Shown here: positions 9,103-18,405 of the stretch, piece after piece
Layout: each line of letters starts with the position of its first letter
Position numbering within the stretch: the first letter of the stretch is position 1
IMG/VR virus record: IMGVR_UViG_3300025652_000295
Span: 1 to 32,052 of that record
Source: a virus
Lineage: Duplodnaviria; Caudoviricetes
Direction: 5' to 3' (one strand)
Length of the DNA stretch: 32,052 nt
Made by a program: the position numbers and the translations under genes
Notes under the pieces: generated by a model
Databases searched by the model: none
What the model was told of the DNA's origin: nothing
Seen by the model: the letters and a program-made list of their open reading frames with translations, nothing else

Positions 9103-9285
9103 ATGATTGAAAACATAGAAAATACAATAGAAGATTTAGTATCCGACTTTCTTTATTATGATAGAAAAGAAGATGAAGATTTACCAAGGGGCGCAATACA
9201 GAAAGCCGTAAAAGATGGTTTAATAACCAAAGAGCAAATAATAAAGAAATTTGCAGAAAGTTTAAATGAAGGACTAAGCGAATAA
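9103..9285 (+). CDS. Small hypothetical protein carried on an attC-like cassette; the only credible plus-strand gene
   Basis: 60-aa ORF in otherwise non-coding space, with an A-rich start context and attC-like flanks. Confidence 0.8.
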   Translation: MIENIENTIEDLVSDFLYYDRKEDEDLPRGAIQKAVKDGLITKEQIIKKFAESLNEGLSE

Positions 9286-9293
9286 TTTTATTA

Positions 9294-9367
9294 TTTATAA
9301 CACCTTTGCAAAAGAGCTTGTGCGATCGTGGAGCGTAGCGGAATGACTTTTTGCAATACTGTTAAAA
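9294..9367 (+). mobile_element. attC-like site downstream of the cassette
   Basis: TTTATAAC ... TTGCAAAAG ... GC-rich centre GAGCGTAGCGGAATG ... CTTTTTGCAA ... GTTAAAA, 74 bp. Confidence 0.7.
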
Positions 9368-9375
9368 TAGTGCAT

Positions 9376-9403
9376 AAAAAAAGGGGAGCTACTAAACTCC
9401 CCT
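9376..9403 (-). terminator. Rho-independent terminator after the tail tube gene
   Basis: AGGGGAG / CTCCCCT stem plus T7 on the minus strand. Confidence 0.85.
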
Positions 9404-9438
9404 CGTTGCACTCGCAACTATACACACACTATAAGCAA

Positions 9439-10014
9439 TTAAGCACCAAAAGCAACAGTACCACTAGAAAAAGTTGTAATACTTCCTACAAACTCTCTTA
9501 AAGGCTGCGCTTGTTTTCCTGCAAAAGTAACAGTATAACCATTCTGACCTTGTAATTCTGCTTCTAAAATTTCATTAGCAATTGCATCAACCGCTGCATC
9601 TTTACCCATGATTTCATCCCAACCTAAAACAAAAGATACATTTTCTGCACCTGATTTGTTATAAGTTTCAAAAATAACTACTAAACCACAAGATTCAACA
9701 TAACTGTTAATCCCTGCTGCTTTTAATTTCTCCATCTTTGGAGCAAATACCTCTAAAGTAGTTTCATAAGAAATAGAACCGTTTTCTCTTGACCCCTCAG
9801 AACCATAGCTTTTAGTTTCTAATTCTCCTTCAATTTCATACCATACCGCATCAGTATCTGCTAAAGTAACCGCTGTGTAAGCAAATTCTGTAGCTACTGT
9901 AGATTCTGTAAAGCTTGTAATATCATCCTTGTTAATAACAAAGATTCTTTTTATACCTGCTCTTCTATTCTCATCAGTACAACTAATTAGTATGTCTGTT
10001 GTAATTTCTGCCAT
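9439..10014 (-). CDS. Putative major tail (tube) protein
   Basis: 191-aa acidic beta-rich ORF after the capsid gene. 'C.....AGIKRIFV', 'ENGSISYETTLEV' and 'NGYTVTFAG' resemble Bacteroidota siphovirus tube proteins. Confidence 0.65.
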   Translation of the reverse strand: MAEITTDILISCTDENRRAGIKRIFVINKDDITSFTESTVATEFAYTAVTLADTDAVWYEIEGELETKSYGSEGSRENGSISYETTLEVFAPKMEKLKAAGINSYVESCGLVVIFETYNKSGAENVSFVLGWDEIMGKDAAVDAIANEILEAELQGQNGYTVTFAGKQAQPLREFVGSITTFSSGTVAFGA

Positions 10015-10034
10015 TTTAATATAATTTATAAGTT

Positions 10035-10066
10035 AAAAAATACCCCCACCATAGGCAGGGGTTTTT
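10035..10066 (-). terminator. Hairpin/terminator between the capsid and tube genes
   Basis: ACCCC-x-CC / GG-x-GGGGT stem flanked by A and T runs. Confidence 0.65.
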
Positions 10067-10070
10067 GTTT

Positions 10071-11108
10071 TTAGTAATAGAAAGAAATTAATTCTCCAAA
10101 TACAAACTGAGTACCCATTTTGTACTTAGCAATGATTTTTAATAACTCATCATCATCGTCATTACTTCTAAACTTTAACTGAGCTTCAGGATCATTAACA
10201 TCAGACCCGATTACTAAGTTTTCATTAGCAGTATAAACCATCATGTTAGCACCTATGTCAATTCCTAAAGTCTGAGAATTAGGGTTAGCAGCATCAGCTA
10301 GTTGAGTATCCCAACCTGTAACTGTAATTACTGGAATCCCTCTAAACATCAATTGGGAATTACCTTGTCCATCAATCAATCTTGATAAACCTAAGTTGTT
10401 TCCTGTTCCTAACTGCTCATAAGTAGTAGTTAAGTTATCCTCGATAGTACAAGTAACTCTAAACGCTTTTGCATTCTTAGCAACTTGCCTAAGTACTTTA
10501 GTTTGGTTCTCGTAAGCATATTTTAAAAGCTCATAAGCACCATCAGCAACTAAATCACCATTAGTGTCTTCAACACCTGTAATTGCAGTCATTTCAACAT
10601 ACTGACCTAAATCAGCAGAATCAGTAACAAATAATTGTACAAATCCATCAAACTGATCGTAGTCAGCAGATGCAGCAGATGTAGCAGCAAACCACGCTAA
10701 ACGTCCATTATCATCAGCGATAGCCGTACCTACTGATTTTCTAGCGATTTCACCAACAATAGTGTTAGTTAAGTCATCAATTGCAGTACCTGAGTTATAC
10801 CCTTCTTCGAATACAGTACCATAAAAAGTATCACCACATTGCTCCAGGTTAACCTTTAATTTTTTTACTTCTAATGTTCTATTAGAAACATCAACAATAC
10901 CACCAGTTGCAGCAAAACCACAAGTAGAATATGCTCTAACTATTTTAGTTAAAGGTGAAGATAAATACATTTGAGTTTTTACCTTAACATTAGGCATTAC
11001 TCTAATTCCTTGTAAGTCATCACTTCCTTCTGATGGAGTGAAAAATAATCCTGCTACATCAGTACCTTGATAAGTAGTACTTAATGATTCTGTAATAAAA
11101 TTTGCCAT
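10071..11108 (-). CDS. Major capsid protein
   Basis: 345 aa, directly after the protease/scaffold gene and followed by a terminator. 'NVKVK', 'TCGF', 'LEQC' and 'FDG' pattern. Confidence 0.8.
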   Translation of the reverse strand: MANFITESLSTTYQGTDVAGLFFTPSEGSDDLQGIRVMPNVKVKTQMYLSSPLTKIVRAYSTCGFAATGGIVDVSNRTLEVKKLKVNLEQCGDTFYGTVFEEGYNSGTAIDDLTNTIVGEIARKSVGTAIADDNGRLAWFAATSAASADYDQFDGFVQLFVTDSADLGQYVEMTAITGVEDTNGDLVADGAYELLKYAYENQTKVLRQVAKNAKAFRVTCTIEDNLTTTYEQLGTGNNLGLSRLIDGQGNSQLMFRGIPVITVTGWDTQLADAANPNSQTLGIDIGANMMVYTANENLVIGSDVNDPEAQLKFRSNDDDDELLKIIAKYKMGTQFVFGELISFYY

Positions 11109-11134
11109 TCTTTTTTAATTTAAGTTTTTAATAA

Positions 11135-12184
11135 TTATTTAATGTAACCTGAGTTTTTGAAAACACTTAAAATGTGATCTCCTAAAGCATCTTTAACTTC
11201 TTCTACTTTTTTAGATTCAATAACATCTTCTTTAGATGCTACTACTTCTCTTGCAGATTTAGCTTTTTCAACTTCTTTCTTTGCTGCTTCAACTTCTGAA
11301 ACTTTAGCAACCACTTCAACTTTCTTAGCTTCTAATTCTGCTTCTAATTCAGCATTTTTATTAGCCAATTCTTCATTTTCTTTAGATAATTCAGCTTTAA
11401 TACTTGCTGATAATTCAGCTTTCAAAGCATCTACATCTAAAACCTCTTTTGTTGCTTCTACTTCTTTCTCAGCAGATGCAAAGAAATTAGAGATAACCTT
11501 CAAAAGACCTTTTTCATCCTTTTCTGACATATTCACGTTATTTAATTGATTTACATAATTTTTAGGGATATTCTTATACCCCATTTTAGATAGGTCTTTC
11601 ACAGATGCAAAAGCTGCTATCTTTTTACCTTCCAAAACTTCACTAACAAATCCAAACTCTTTAGCTTCTTCTGCGAATATCCAAGTAGTTTCACTCATCA
11701 TGTCCTGTACTTTAGATAAGTCTAAACCAGTTGCATTAGAGTAAATCTTAGCTATCTTTAAATTAATAGAGTCCATTAACTTAGCATCTTTTTCTAACTC
11801 TATCTGAAACTCTCTAATTTCCTCTGAGTTCATCCCTTGCATGGATATAACTGGCATCCATGCGTTATGGATCATAATAACAGAATTTTCTGTCATTGTA
11901 GGTAAAGAATCTCCTGCTAGAGCTAAAACAGATGCAGCAGATGCAGCAACTCCTTCAATTTTTACAGAAACATTTAGATTTGAATTTTTTAGGAAGTCAT
12001 AAATTGCAAAGGCTTCAAATACAGAACCGCCCCCGCTATTAATAACTAACTCAATATCTTTTGATTTAGAAGTTTTAACCTCTTCAATAAAATCTTTTGC
12101 ATTAACACCAAAAGAACCTATTTCCTCATCAATAGAAATTGATAAAGCGTTATTAATTGAATTATTAATATTATACCACTTCAT
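11135..12184 (-). CDS. ClpP-type prohead protease fused to a coiled-coil scaffold
   Basis: 'INSGGGSVFE', 'GVAASAASV', 'IMIHNAW', 'AEEAKEFGF' ClpP motifs and an E/K/A-rich C-terminus. Start set at MKWY. Confidence 0.9.
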   Translation of the reverse strand: MKWYNINNSINNALSISIDEEIGSFGVNAKDFIEEVKTSKSKDIELVINSGGGSVFEAFAIYDFLKNSNLNVSVKIEGVAASAASVLALAGDSLPTMTENSVIMIHNAWMPVISMQGMNSEEIREFQIELEKDAKLMDSINLKIAKIYSNATGLDLSKVQDMMSETTWIFAEEAKEFGFVSEVLEGKKIAAFASVKDLSKMGYKNIPKNYVNQLNNVNMSEKDEKGLLKVISNFFASAEKEVEATKEVLDVDALKAELSASIKAELSKENEELANKNAELEAELEAKKVEVVAKVSEVEAAKKEVEKAKSAREVVASKEDVIESKKVEEVKDALGDHILSVFKNSGYIK

Positions 12185-12234
12185 ATGTAGCAAATATTAA
12201 TAAAGTCTATTTAACATAATAGCCATATAATGAC

Positions 12235-12266
12235 AAAAAAAAGGGATAGCTTTTACACCATCCCTT
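12235..12266 (-). terminator. Rho-independent terminator
   Basis: AAGGGATGG / CTATCCCTT stem plus T8 on the minus strand. Confidence 0.8.
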
Positions 12267-12308
12267 AACTATTACGATTTAATCCTATTTATAAATTGAC
12301 TTGCCTAA

Positions 12309-12316
12309 CAAATATA
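12309..12316 (-). promoter_or_regulatory. Consensus -7 box TATATTTG, possibly driving a roughly 70-nt ncRNA
   Basis: Perfect TAnnTTTG box with no ORF before the terminator at 12235-12266. Confidence 0.45.
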
Positions 12317-12317
12317 G

Positions 12318-12617
12318 TTAAACTTTTCTATTTTTTATAACTCTTATTAATTGAGTTACTGATAAATCATATTTTACACTTAGATTATAGTAGATACTCA
12401 TTTGTTTATTTAATGGGTTTTTGTTCTCTATATCAAAATCTCTAAGTATTGAAAGGTTACGTATTGCAGTATCACTAATTAAACCATGCTCTATAAGAAT
12501 AACAATAGCATGGTTTACATCAATAGCTTTACTAACTACACTAAATAAAGTGTTTGTTAACGCATCCCCCAACTCTTTAACCTCGTCATCCAGTAAGTTA
12601 TTACTCGCTTTTTGCAT
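12318..12617 (-). CDS. Putative Mor/C-like HTH regulator
   Basis: C-terminal 'YYNLSVKYDLSVTQLIRVIKNR' resembles Mor-family HTH ends. Confidence 0.5.
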   Translation of the reverse strand: MQKASNNLLDDEVKELGDALTNTLFSVVSKAIDVNHAIVILIEHGLISDTAIRNLSILRDFDIENKNPLNKQMSIYYNLSVKYDLSVTQLIRVIKNRKV

Positions 12618-12802
12618 CTGCTACAGTTTCCTTTAAAAGTTTCATCTACGTTATTAGTAAACATAGTGTATAAATAGTTTAGACTTGTTGTATCGGGGCG
12701 CATCTTTGCCCATGTTTTCTCTACAGCTAACTTTATGTTATCTCTTTCCTGCTGTGAAATGTTTCTTAAGTTTTCGTTTACGTCCATCTTTTTAAAGGGC
12801 AT
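12557..12802 (-). CDS. Hypothetical protein with a CxxC motif
   Basis: 'NCSRCKKRV'. Overlaps both neighbours. Confidence 0.55.
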   Translation of the reverse strand: MPFKKMDVNENLRNISQQERDNIKLAVEKTWAKMRPDTTSLNYLYTMFTNNVDETFKGNCSRCKKRVITYWMTRLKSWGMR

Positions 12803-13008
12803 TTTTCATTCTCCCATATTATTTTATCGTTAATAGCACATTTACACTTACTACATTGAGGTTTATTAGGAATGGTTTTAAATAGTAGTTTAAAGTCTTT
12901 TCTATACTTTGGGCAAGATTGGCATATACTTAGTCTTTTAGCCTTAGTGTATTTATCAACTATATTACCATCTAAATTTTTAACTATTCCAAACCACTTA
13001 GTAAGCAT
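12778..13008 (-). CDS. Small Cys-rich metal-binding protein (DUF6171-like)
   Basis: 'RLSICQSCP...CSKCKC...KCPLKRW'. Confidence 0.7.
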   Translation of the reverse strand: MLTKWFGIVKNLDGNIVDKYTKAKRLSICQSCPKYRKDFKLLFKTIPNKPQCSKCKCAINDKIIWENEKCPLKRWT

Positions 13009-13012
13009 TTAC

Positions 13013-13048
13013 TAAAGATACTAATTTTATTTAGAACGGTTATAAATA
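13013..13048 (-). promoter_or_regulatory. Promoter (TATCTTTA, 13013-13020) with palindromic operator TATTTAGAACGGTTATAAATA (13028-13048)
   Basis: One mismatch from the perfect palindrome. Box lies 4 nt before ATG 13008. Confidence 0.65.
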
Positions 13049-13098
13049 GAGAATAATGTTACTATTAACTTGATAAACGTAACATATAAAGAAAACTT

Positions 13099-13136
13099 AA
13101 AAAACTACCTACGTTATTATTATGTAGGTAGTTTTT
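13099..13136. terminator. Bidirectional-type terminator after the tape measure gene
   Basis: AAAAACTACCTAC / GTAGGTAGTTTTT inverted repeat. Confidence 0.85.
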
Positions 13137-13154
13137 CTGTTTATTTACCTTTGT

Positions 13155-16145
13155 TTATCCAAAAGTTGCAGCTAGTTCTACATTAACTACCTTATTAGCT
13201 TGGCTAATTGTATCAGTAGCATTGTTTATAACTGGAATTGAACCTATACTATTAACCACGGCTGTTGTTATTCTGTTTTCCATGTCTGCTAAATCTATAT
13301 TACTACCTCCACTTACTAAACCACCATTAGCAAATCCTACGCTTACATTAGGACTAGGGCGGTTGTTTCTCATAGCTTCCAAAGAACCAACTAAGTTAGC
13401 ACCTTGCTGAGTTCCTAGAACGTGTTTAGGCACTACATATTCGCCTTCATGAACTATACCTGCCTGTTTAAATCCACTAGAATCAGGATTACCTGAACCT
13501 TCACCAGTATATCCACCTTCTGCAAATGAACTAGGAAACTGTTGTTTAGATATGGTAGCAACTTGTACGGCTGTAGATGCAGCAACTATAGCACCTGTTA
13601 CAGCTCCTAATACTCCCGATTGTGCAAAAGCCTTAGTTACACCTAAAGCACCATTCATAATAGCTTGAGTAATATCTATTTTCTTCTGTCTTTCAAAAGC
13701 TTTCTTTTCTATACCGTATTTTAATACTGCAAATTGTTTTTCAGTTATTAAACCTTTCTCTAGTTTTTCCCTTTCGGTTTGTAACTCAATACTAGCAATA
13801 GAGCTAACTAATTCCGTAGCAGCAGTTAAGGCAAATTGACCAACAGATACAATATCATCTATCTTTTTCTGTTTAGCTGCTTCTGTCTGCTCTAAAGCCG
13901 CTTCATCTAATACCCTTTGTTTTTCATCAAAACTAGCATTTATTGCAGTTTCTTTAGCGTTAAAGCTAGTTGTAAGGCTAAGTAGTGCGTTATCCTGCTT
14001 AACTTTATTACCTATCTTTAGTTTAGCTTCTGCATCTAATGCTTCTTTTTGAATCCTTAACTTTTCTAGTTGCAGCTTTCTTTCATCTTCAATAGCTAGT
14101 AATGATGATTGTTTTCTTATTTTATCAACTTTAGATATAAACCTTTCTTCTTCTTTTAACTTTCTTTCATTCTCTTTATCTTCTAAAGTTTTAGCTGCTT
14201 TTATCTTTTTCTGTTCTGCTGCTGATAAAGTTTTAGTTGTTGTTATCAATTCTTTATTAACTACAACTTCTTTCTTCTTTGTTTCTACCGTTTTACTTTC
14301 CTCAACCCCTAAACGTTTTAATAAATCCACTCTTTTAGCAGCTATATCATTAGCTTCTTCGTTCTGCTCATTAACTTGTTTAGTTCTTACAGATAAATTA
14401 CTTAATAAAGTCCTAAGCCTATCAGCAGCATCAGCTTGTAAGTTAGTAGACTCAACAACACCTCCAAAGCTAGTTTGTGATTTAACTCTAATAGATTGTT
14501 CATCTAAAACTTTCAATAACTCATTAGCCTGTTCTATCTGAGTTTTACCTATAGAAATTTCCTTACTAATTCCTTTGAATTTAGATTCTCTTATACTTAG
14601 TAATTGTTTTTCTAAACTAATTTCAGCGTTAAGCTTTTCCACTTCTGCATCAGCTTGATCCTCTGCCTTGTCGGCTAACTTTTCATCTTCTCTCTTTATT
14701 AAGATTTGATTAACTAATTCTTTATTAACTTCTTTTAATCTTTTAGCTAAAACTTCATTAGATAGGTTTTCTTGATCTAAGTTTTTTAAGAAAGTAGGAC
14801 TTAAAGCGTTTAATTCTGTTATTAATTTCTTTCTGTCATCAGTACCCTCGTTTAAAGATGTTATACGACCTACTAATACATTTATCTTAATTCTTTGATC
14901 TTCTAAAGCATCACTTTCTTCATGTATATTACTTGTTAAATCAGAAATAGTACTAAGGAACTCAGTAGCAGACTGCGTAATTTCCCTGAAAAAGTCACCC
15001 TCAGAAGTTTGTAATATCAACCCCTCCCAAACTGATGAAAGCCTTTTTAAGTCACCCTCTAAAGTATCACCAACTATATTAGCCATTGCCTTAGCACTTC
15101 CTGCTGCATTATTTAAAGAAGATGCAAAGGCTTTTGTTTTCTCTTCGTTATTAGCTAAAGTTAATCCAACCGCTGCTCCACGTTTACCAAACAAATCTAA
15201 TGCAGTAGTTGCAGGGTCTGCGCTTTCTCTAATTTGCTTAAATGCTTCTGCTGTTGTTAAACCTGCTTTTTGAGTATCTAATAATATATTCCTTAAAGCC
15301 GTTCCTGCCGTACTAGCATCAAAACCTGCATCCGTTAAAGTACCTAAAGCAGCGGTTGCCTGTTCTACTGATACACCTACTACAGCAGCTACAGGAGCTA
15401 CAGCACTCATAGCAGTTTCAAACTTACTTAAATCTAAAGCGGAGCTAGTAAAAGATTTAGCCATTACATCTACAATTCTCTGAGTATCTTTAGCTTCCAA
15501 GCCAAACCCGTTAAGAGTTGCAGCAGCAACCGTAGCAGATTGTGCTAAATCCGAACCCGTAGCGGTTGCTAATTCTAATGTAGCTTCTGATGCTGCTAAT
15601 ATTTGATTAGTCGTAAATCCTAACTTTGCGTATTCCTCCTGTAGTTTTCCAACCTCTGTAGCTGTGAACTGAGTGGTAGAACCTAAATCTTTTGCAGACT
15701 TTTCTAGCGCTATAAATTCCGTTGCAGTCGCTCCTGTTATTGCTTTAACAGTTGCCATTTGTTGTTCGAAATCCTTAATAGTTGCTATACCATCCTGAAC
15801 TATAGAAAAGAACTTCTGAATAGCAAACAAACCTACAAAAGCACCGCTTATAGAAGTTCCTAGCCTACCAAAAGACTTAGCTAACCTGGTAGTAAAACCA
15901 TCAATACCTAGCATTTCCTGCCTAGTAACTAATAATTGCCTTTGAGTACCTTTTAATCCTAAGTTAACTTTAGCAATACTTTTAGCGTATTGGTCAGTAG
16001 ATATTACACCATCCTTAACAGCCTTATTTAACTTTGTTCTTTCATCCTTTAGCTTTTTTAGATTCTTTTCTAATCCTACTAATTTCTTATTTTGATCGGC
16101 TGTACCCTGTACATCTATCTTAATCGCTATTACCTTTTCTGCCAT
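13155..16145 (-). CDS. Tail tape measure protein (TP901-like core)
   Basis: 996 aa. 'FEQQMATVKAIT...AKDLGSTTQFTATEV', 'AGTALR', long coiled coil, C-terminal 'FAEGGYTG...AGIVHEGEYVVP'. Confidence 0.95.
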   Translation of the reverse strand: MAEKVIAIKIDVQGTADQNKKLVGLEKNLKKLKDERTKLNKAVKDGVISTDQYAKSIAKVNLGLKGTQRQLLVTRQEMLGIDGFTTRLAKSFGRLGTSISGAFVGLFAIQKFFSIVQDGIATIKDFEQQMATVKAITGATATEFIALEKSAKDLGSTTQFTATEVGKLQEEYAKLGFTTNQILAASEATLELATATGSDLAQSATVAAATLNGFGLEAKDTQRIVDVMAKSFTSSALDLSKFETAMSAVAPVAAVVGVSVEQATAALGTLTDAGFDASTAGTALRNILLDTQKAGLTTAEAFKQIRESADPATTALDLFGKRGAAVGLTLANNEEKTKAFASSLNNAAGSAKAMANIVGDTLEGDLKRLSSVWEGLILQTSEGDFFREITQSATEFLSTISDLTSNIHEESDALEDQRIKINVLVGRITSLNEGTDDRKKLITELNALSPTFLKNLDQENLSNEVLAKRLKEVNKELVNQILIKREDEKLADKAEDQADAEVEKLNAEISLEKQLLSIRESKFKGISKEISIGKTQIEQANELLKVLDEQSIRVKSQTSFGGVVESTNLQADAADRLRTLLSNLSVRTKQVNEQNEEANDIAAKRVDLLKRLGVEESKTVETKKKEVVVNKELITTTKTLSAAEQKKIKAAKTLEDKENERKLKEEERFISKVDKIRKQSSLLAIEDERKLQLEKLRIQKEALDAEAKLKIGNKVKQDNALLSLTTSFNAKETAINASFDEKQRVLDEAALEQTEAAKQKKIDDIVSVGQFALTAATELVSSIASIELQTEREKLEKGLITEKQFAVLKYGIEKKAFERQKKIDITQAIMNGALGVTKAFAQSGVLGAVTGAIVAASTAVQVATISKQQFPSSFAEGGYTGEGSGNPDSSGFKQAGIVHEGEYVVPKHVLGTQQGANLVGSLEAMRNNRPSPNVSVGFANGGLVSGGSNIDLADMENRITTAVVNSIGSIPVINNATDTISQANKVVNVELAATFG

Positions 16146-16149
16146 AATA

Positions 16150-18402
16150 CTATAAATAAACTAATTCAATGTTACCCGTTACAGGATCTACTATTCCTAC
16201 CTCAATTAAAAAACCACCATCTTCTACGTAAATAGGGTTTAATGTAGGTGGGTTATTTCCATTATCTCCATTGTTATCATTATTCCCTTGTTGGTTAGGG
16301 TCTATTGGTACGCTTCCTAAGTTTTCAAACTTAAATAAACTAACCTTTGTCAATCCTTCCTCTATTGGCTTAAAATCTATAACCTTTTCTATTAAGTAAT
16401 AACCTTTAACCTTGCTAGGTGCTTCTATGTAAACTAGCTTTCTAAAGTCTAGGTTTTCTATGTCTACACTTGAAAGTTTAAAGTATGCCACCAATCTACC
16501 TCCCTCTTCAATGTTTTTAAACATCTTAGAATAGTAAGTGGAAAACAAACCATCATCACCAGTAAAGGATAGGTTAATATCACTTGTAGTATTGTTGTAG
16601 TCCTCAAATATTCCATAAGGAATAGTAGTAGTTGGAGTTCCAAATAAATTTATTTGCCTATCAACACCACTTAAAGCGGTTTGACCTCCATTATTAAATA
16701 GAAATATCTTAGGGTTATAATCTAAAACTCTTTCGGTAGGTGGTTCTTCATCAGGAACGAACGCACTCCATATTTTTACAGTAGTAAAAGCTATTTCTGA
16801 ATCAAAGCTAGTACCTAATATTGGGGTAGCTTCTGATGATGTTTGAGCATAAATAGCACTAAATAAACCTAATTCAACTGTATTAGTACCTTCTGCAAAT
16901 CTATCAGGTAAAACATGGTTATATCTTGCGTAGGTTCTTTTATTCTCATCCTGCCACCCTTTTAACCATTCATCATTATTTAAGTCTTTATATTTAAACT
17001 CTACATTTCTTTTGTAACTAGAAACATAATCTACTTCGTAATTCTTACTTAAATCTAGTTTATCACTCCAATTAATAGCGGTTGCTTGTGATTTAAAAAA
17101 AGTATCTCTAGGTTCAAAGTATATGGTTTTAGTTTTTACATCAGTCCAATAGTAAATATTAAACATTCTAGTAAAATCGTTTATAACATCTATTAACTTT
17201 ATGCTAGTAGGTATTATATCGTTTAAATCAAAAGTATCACCCTCTATTATTTCTGAACTCCTTTGAACATCGAAAAAAGAACCCGTTTTAACAATACCAT
17301 TAGCAGTTCCTGTATTTACAGAAGCATCCCAAGAAACCCTAATACGTAAATTAGAACCTGCTGAGTTTATAGAAGATAATGTACCTGTTACTGATTCAGT
17401 TAAATTAAACTTATTAACCTCTCTAGTAAATGAATCCTGAACAACACCACCTTTTAATAACTCAACGGTAACATCTATAAAAACTTCATCTATTCCAGTC
17501 CATGAACCTATTTTTATATTAGCGTTGAAATTATACCTACCTGTTGAAGGAAGTGTATACTCTCCTGTACCCGTATCATAGTTATCATTATCATCTTGAT
17601 TAGGTGCTGTAGAATCATTGTTAAATACTATACTTACTACATCACCTTCACCTATATTAAAAGACCCAGTTGTTAATTCTGCTCTAGTTACACTTTCCTC
17701 TACTAAGTCATTTCTAACCGTAAAGTTATTCGATAAATCACACGCTAACCTTTTAACATCAACACCATCTAAAAAAGTACTACTAATGTTCCATCCTAAA
17801 CTATTCGCTCCTCTAGTTAATATACTTCTTAAGTAAAAACATGGTAAAAAATCCCTTACCTCAGTATTATTACTTACAGCATTACCACCCCTAGAAATAT
17901 AAGGATAACAAATATCAGATGTATCTGAGTCTAAAATATTAACTCCATTTATAGCTGCTTGATTATATACTTGTGCGTTGTTAGTCCATGATGTTATTTC
18001 ACTTAACTGTAACTCACTAGCACCTTTTACCCAATCAATGTTGTTACCAAAGAAAACTAATTCAAAGCTATCTAACTCAAAACCTTCAAAAACCTTACTA
18101 ACCTGAATAAAACCGCCTTCAATTTGATTATTATTAACAATTATTACACATGGTTTACGGTTTAAAGCATCCCTATAATCTTTTCGGCTGTTTATATTAT
18201 CAATATTAGATAATAACTTAGCATTGTTCTTTGTGTTAGGTACTTTAAAACTCTTACTAAATGTACCTGTACGCGCTTTAAGGTTATCTAAGTTTACAAT
18301 ACCCTTAGTTAATGCCAATGGAAAATCTTTAGGGTTAGATAAGTCTAAATCTCCTAAAACCCCATTACTAGTATCTAATATTCTAATTACTACATCATTC
18401 AT
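16150..18402 (-). CDS. Putative tail tip / baseplate hub protein
   Basis: 750 aa, adjacent to the tape measure gene. 'FSKSFKVPNTKNN' and 'DFTRMFNIY...IYFEPRD' pattern. Confidence 0.65.
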   Translation of the reverse strand: MNDVVIRILDTSNGVLGDLDLSNPKDFPLALTKGIVNLDNLKARTGTFSKSFKVPNTKNNAKLLSNIDNINSRKDYRDALNRKPCVIIVNNNQIEGGFIQVSKVFEGFELDSFELVFFGNNIDWVKGASELQLSEITSWTNNAQVYNQAAINGVNILDSDTSDICYPYISRGGNAVSNNTEVRDFLPCFYLRSILTRGANSLGWNISSTFLDGVDVKRLACDLSNNFTVRNDLVEESVTRAELTTGSFNIGEGDVVSIVFNNDSTAPNQDDNDNYDTGTGEYTLPSTGRYNFNANIKIGSWTGIDEVFIDVTVELLKGGVVQDSFTREVNKFNLTESVTGTLSSINSAGSNLRIRVSWDASVNTGTANGIVKTGSFFDVQRSSEIIEGDTFDLNDIIPTSIKLIDVINDFTRMFNIYYWTDVKTKTIYFEPRDTFFKSQATAINWSDKLDLSKNYEVDYVSSYKRNVEFKYKDLNNDEWLKGWQDENKRTYARYNHVLPDRFAEGTNTVELGLFSAIYAQTSSEATPILGTSFDSEIAFTTVKIWSAFVPDEEPPTERVLDYNPKIFLFNNGGQTALSGVDRQINLFGTPTTTIPYGIFEDYNNTTSDINLSFTGDDGLFSTYYSKMFKNIEEGGRLVAYFKLSSVDIENLDFRKLVYIEAPSKVKGYYLIEKVIDFKPIEEGLTKVSLFKFENLGSVPIDPNQQGNNDNNGDNGNNPPTLNPIYVEDGGFLIEVGIVDPVTGNIELVYL

Positions 18403-18405
18403 AAA

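Noticed and set aside
13056-13085. Short inverted repeat ATGTTAC...GTAACAT
   Set aside because: Only 7 bp in AT-rich DNA, single occurrence, and the wrong polarity for attC.
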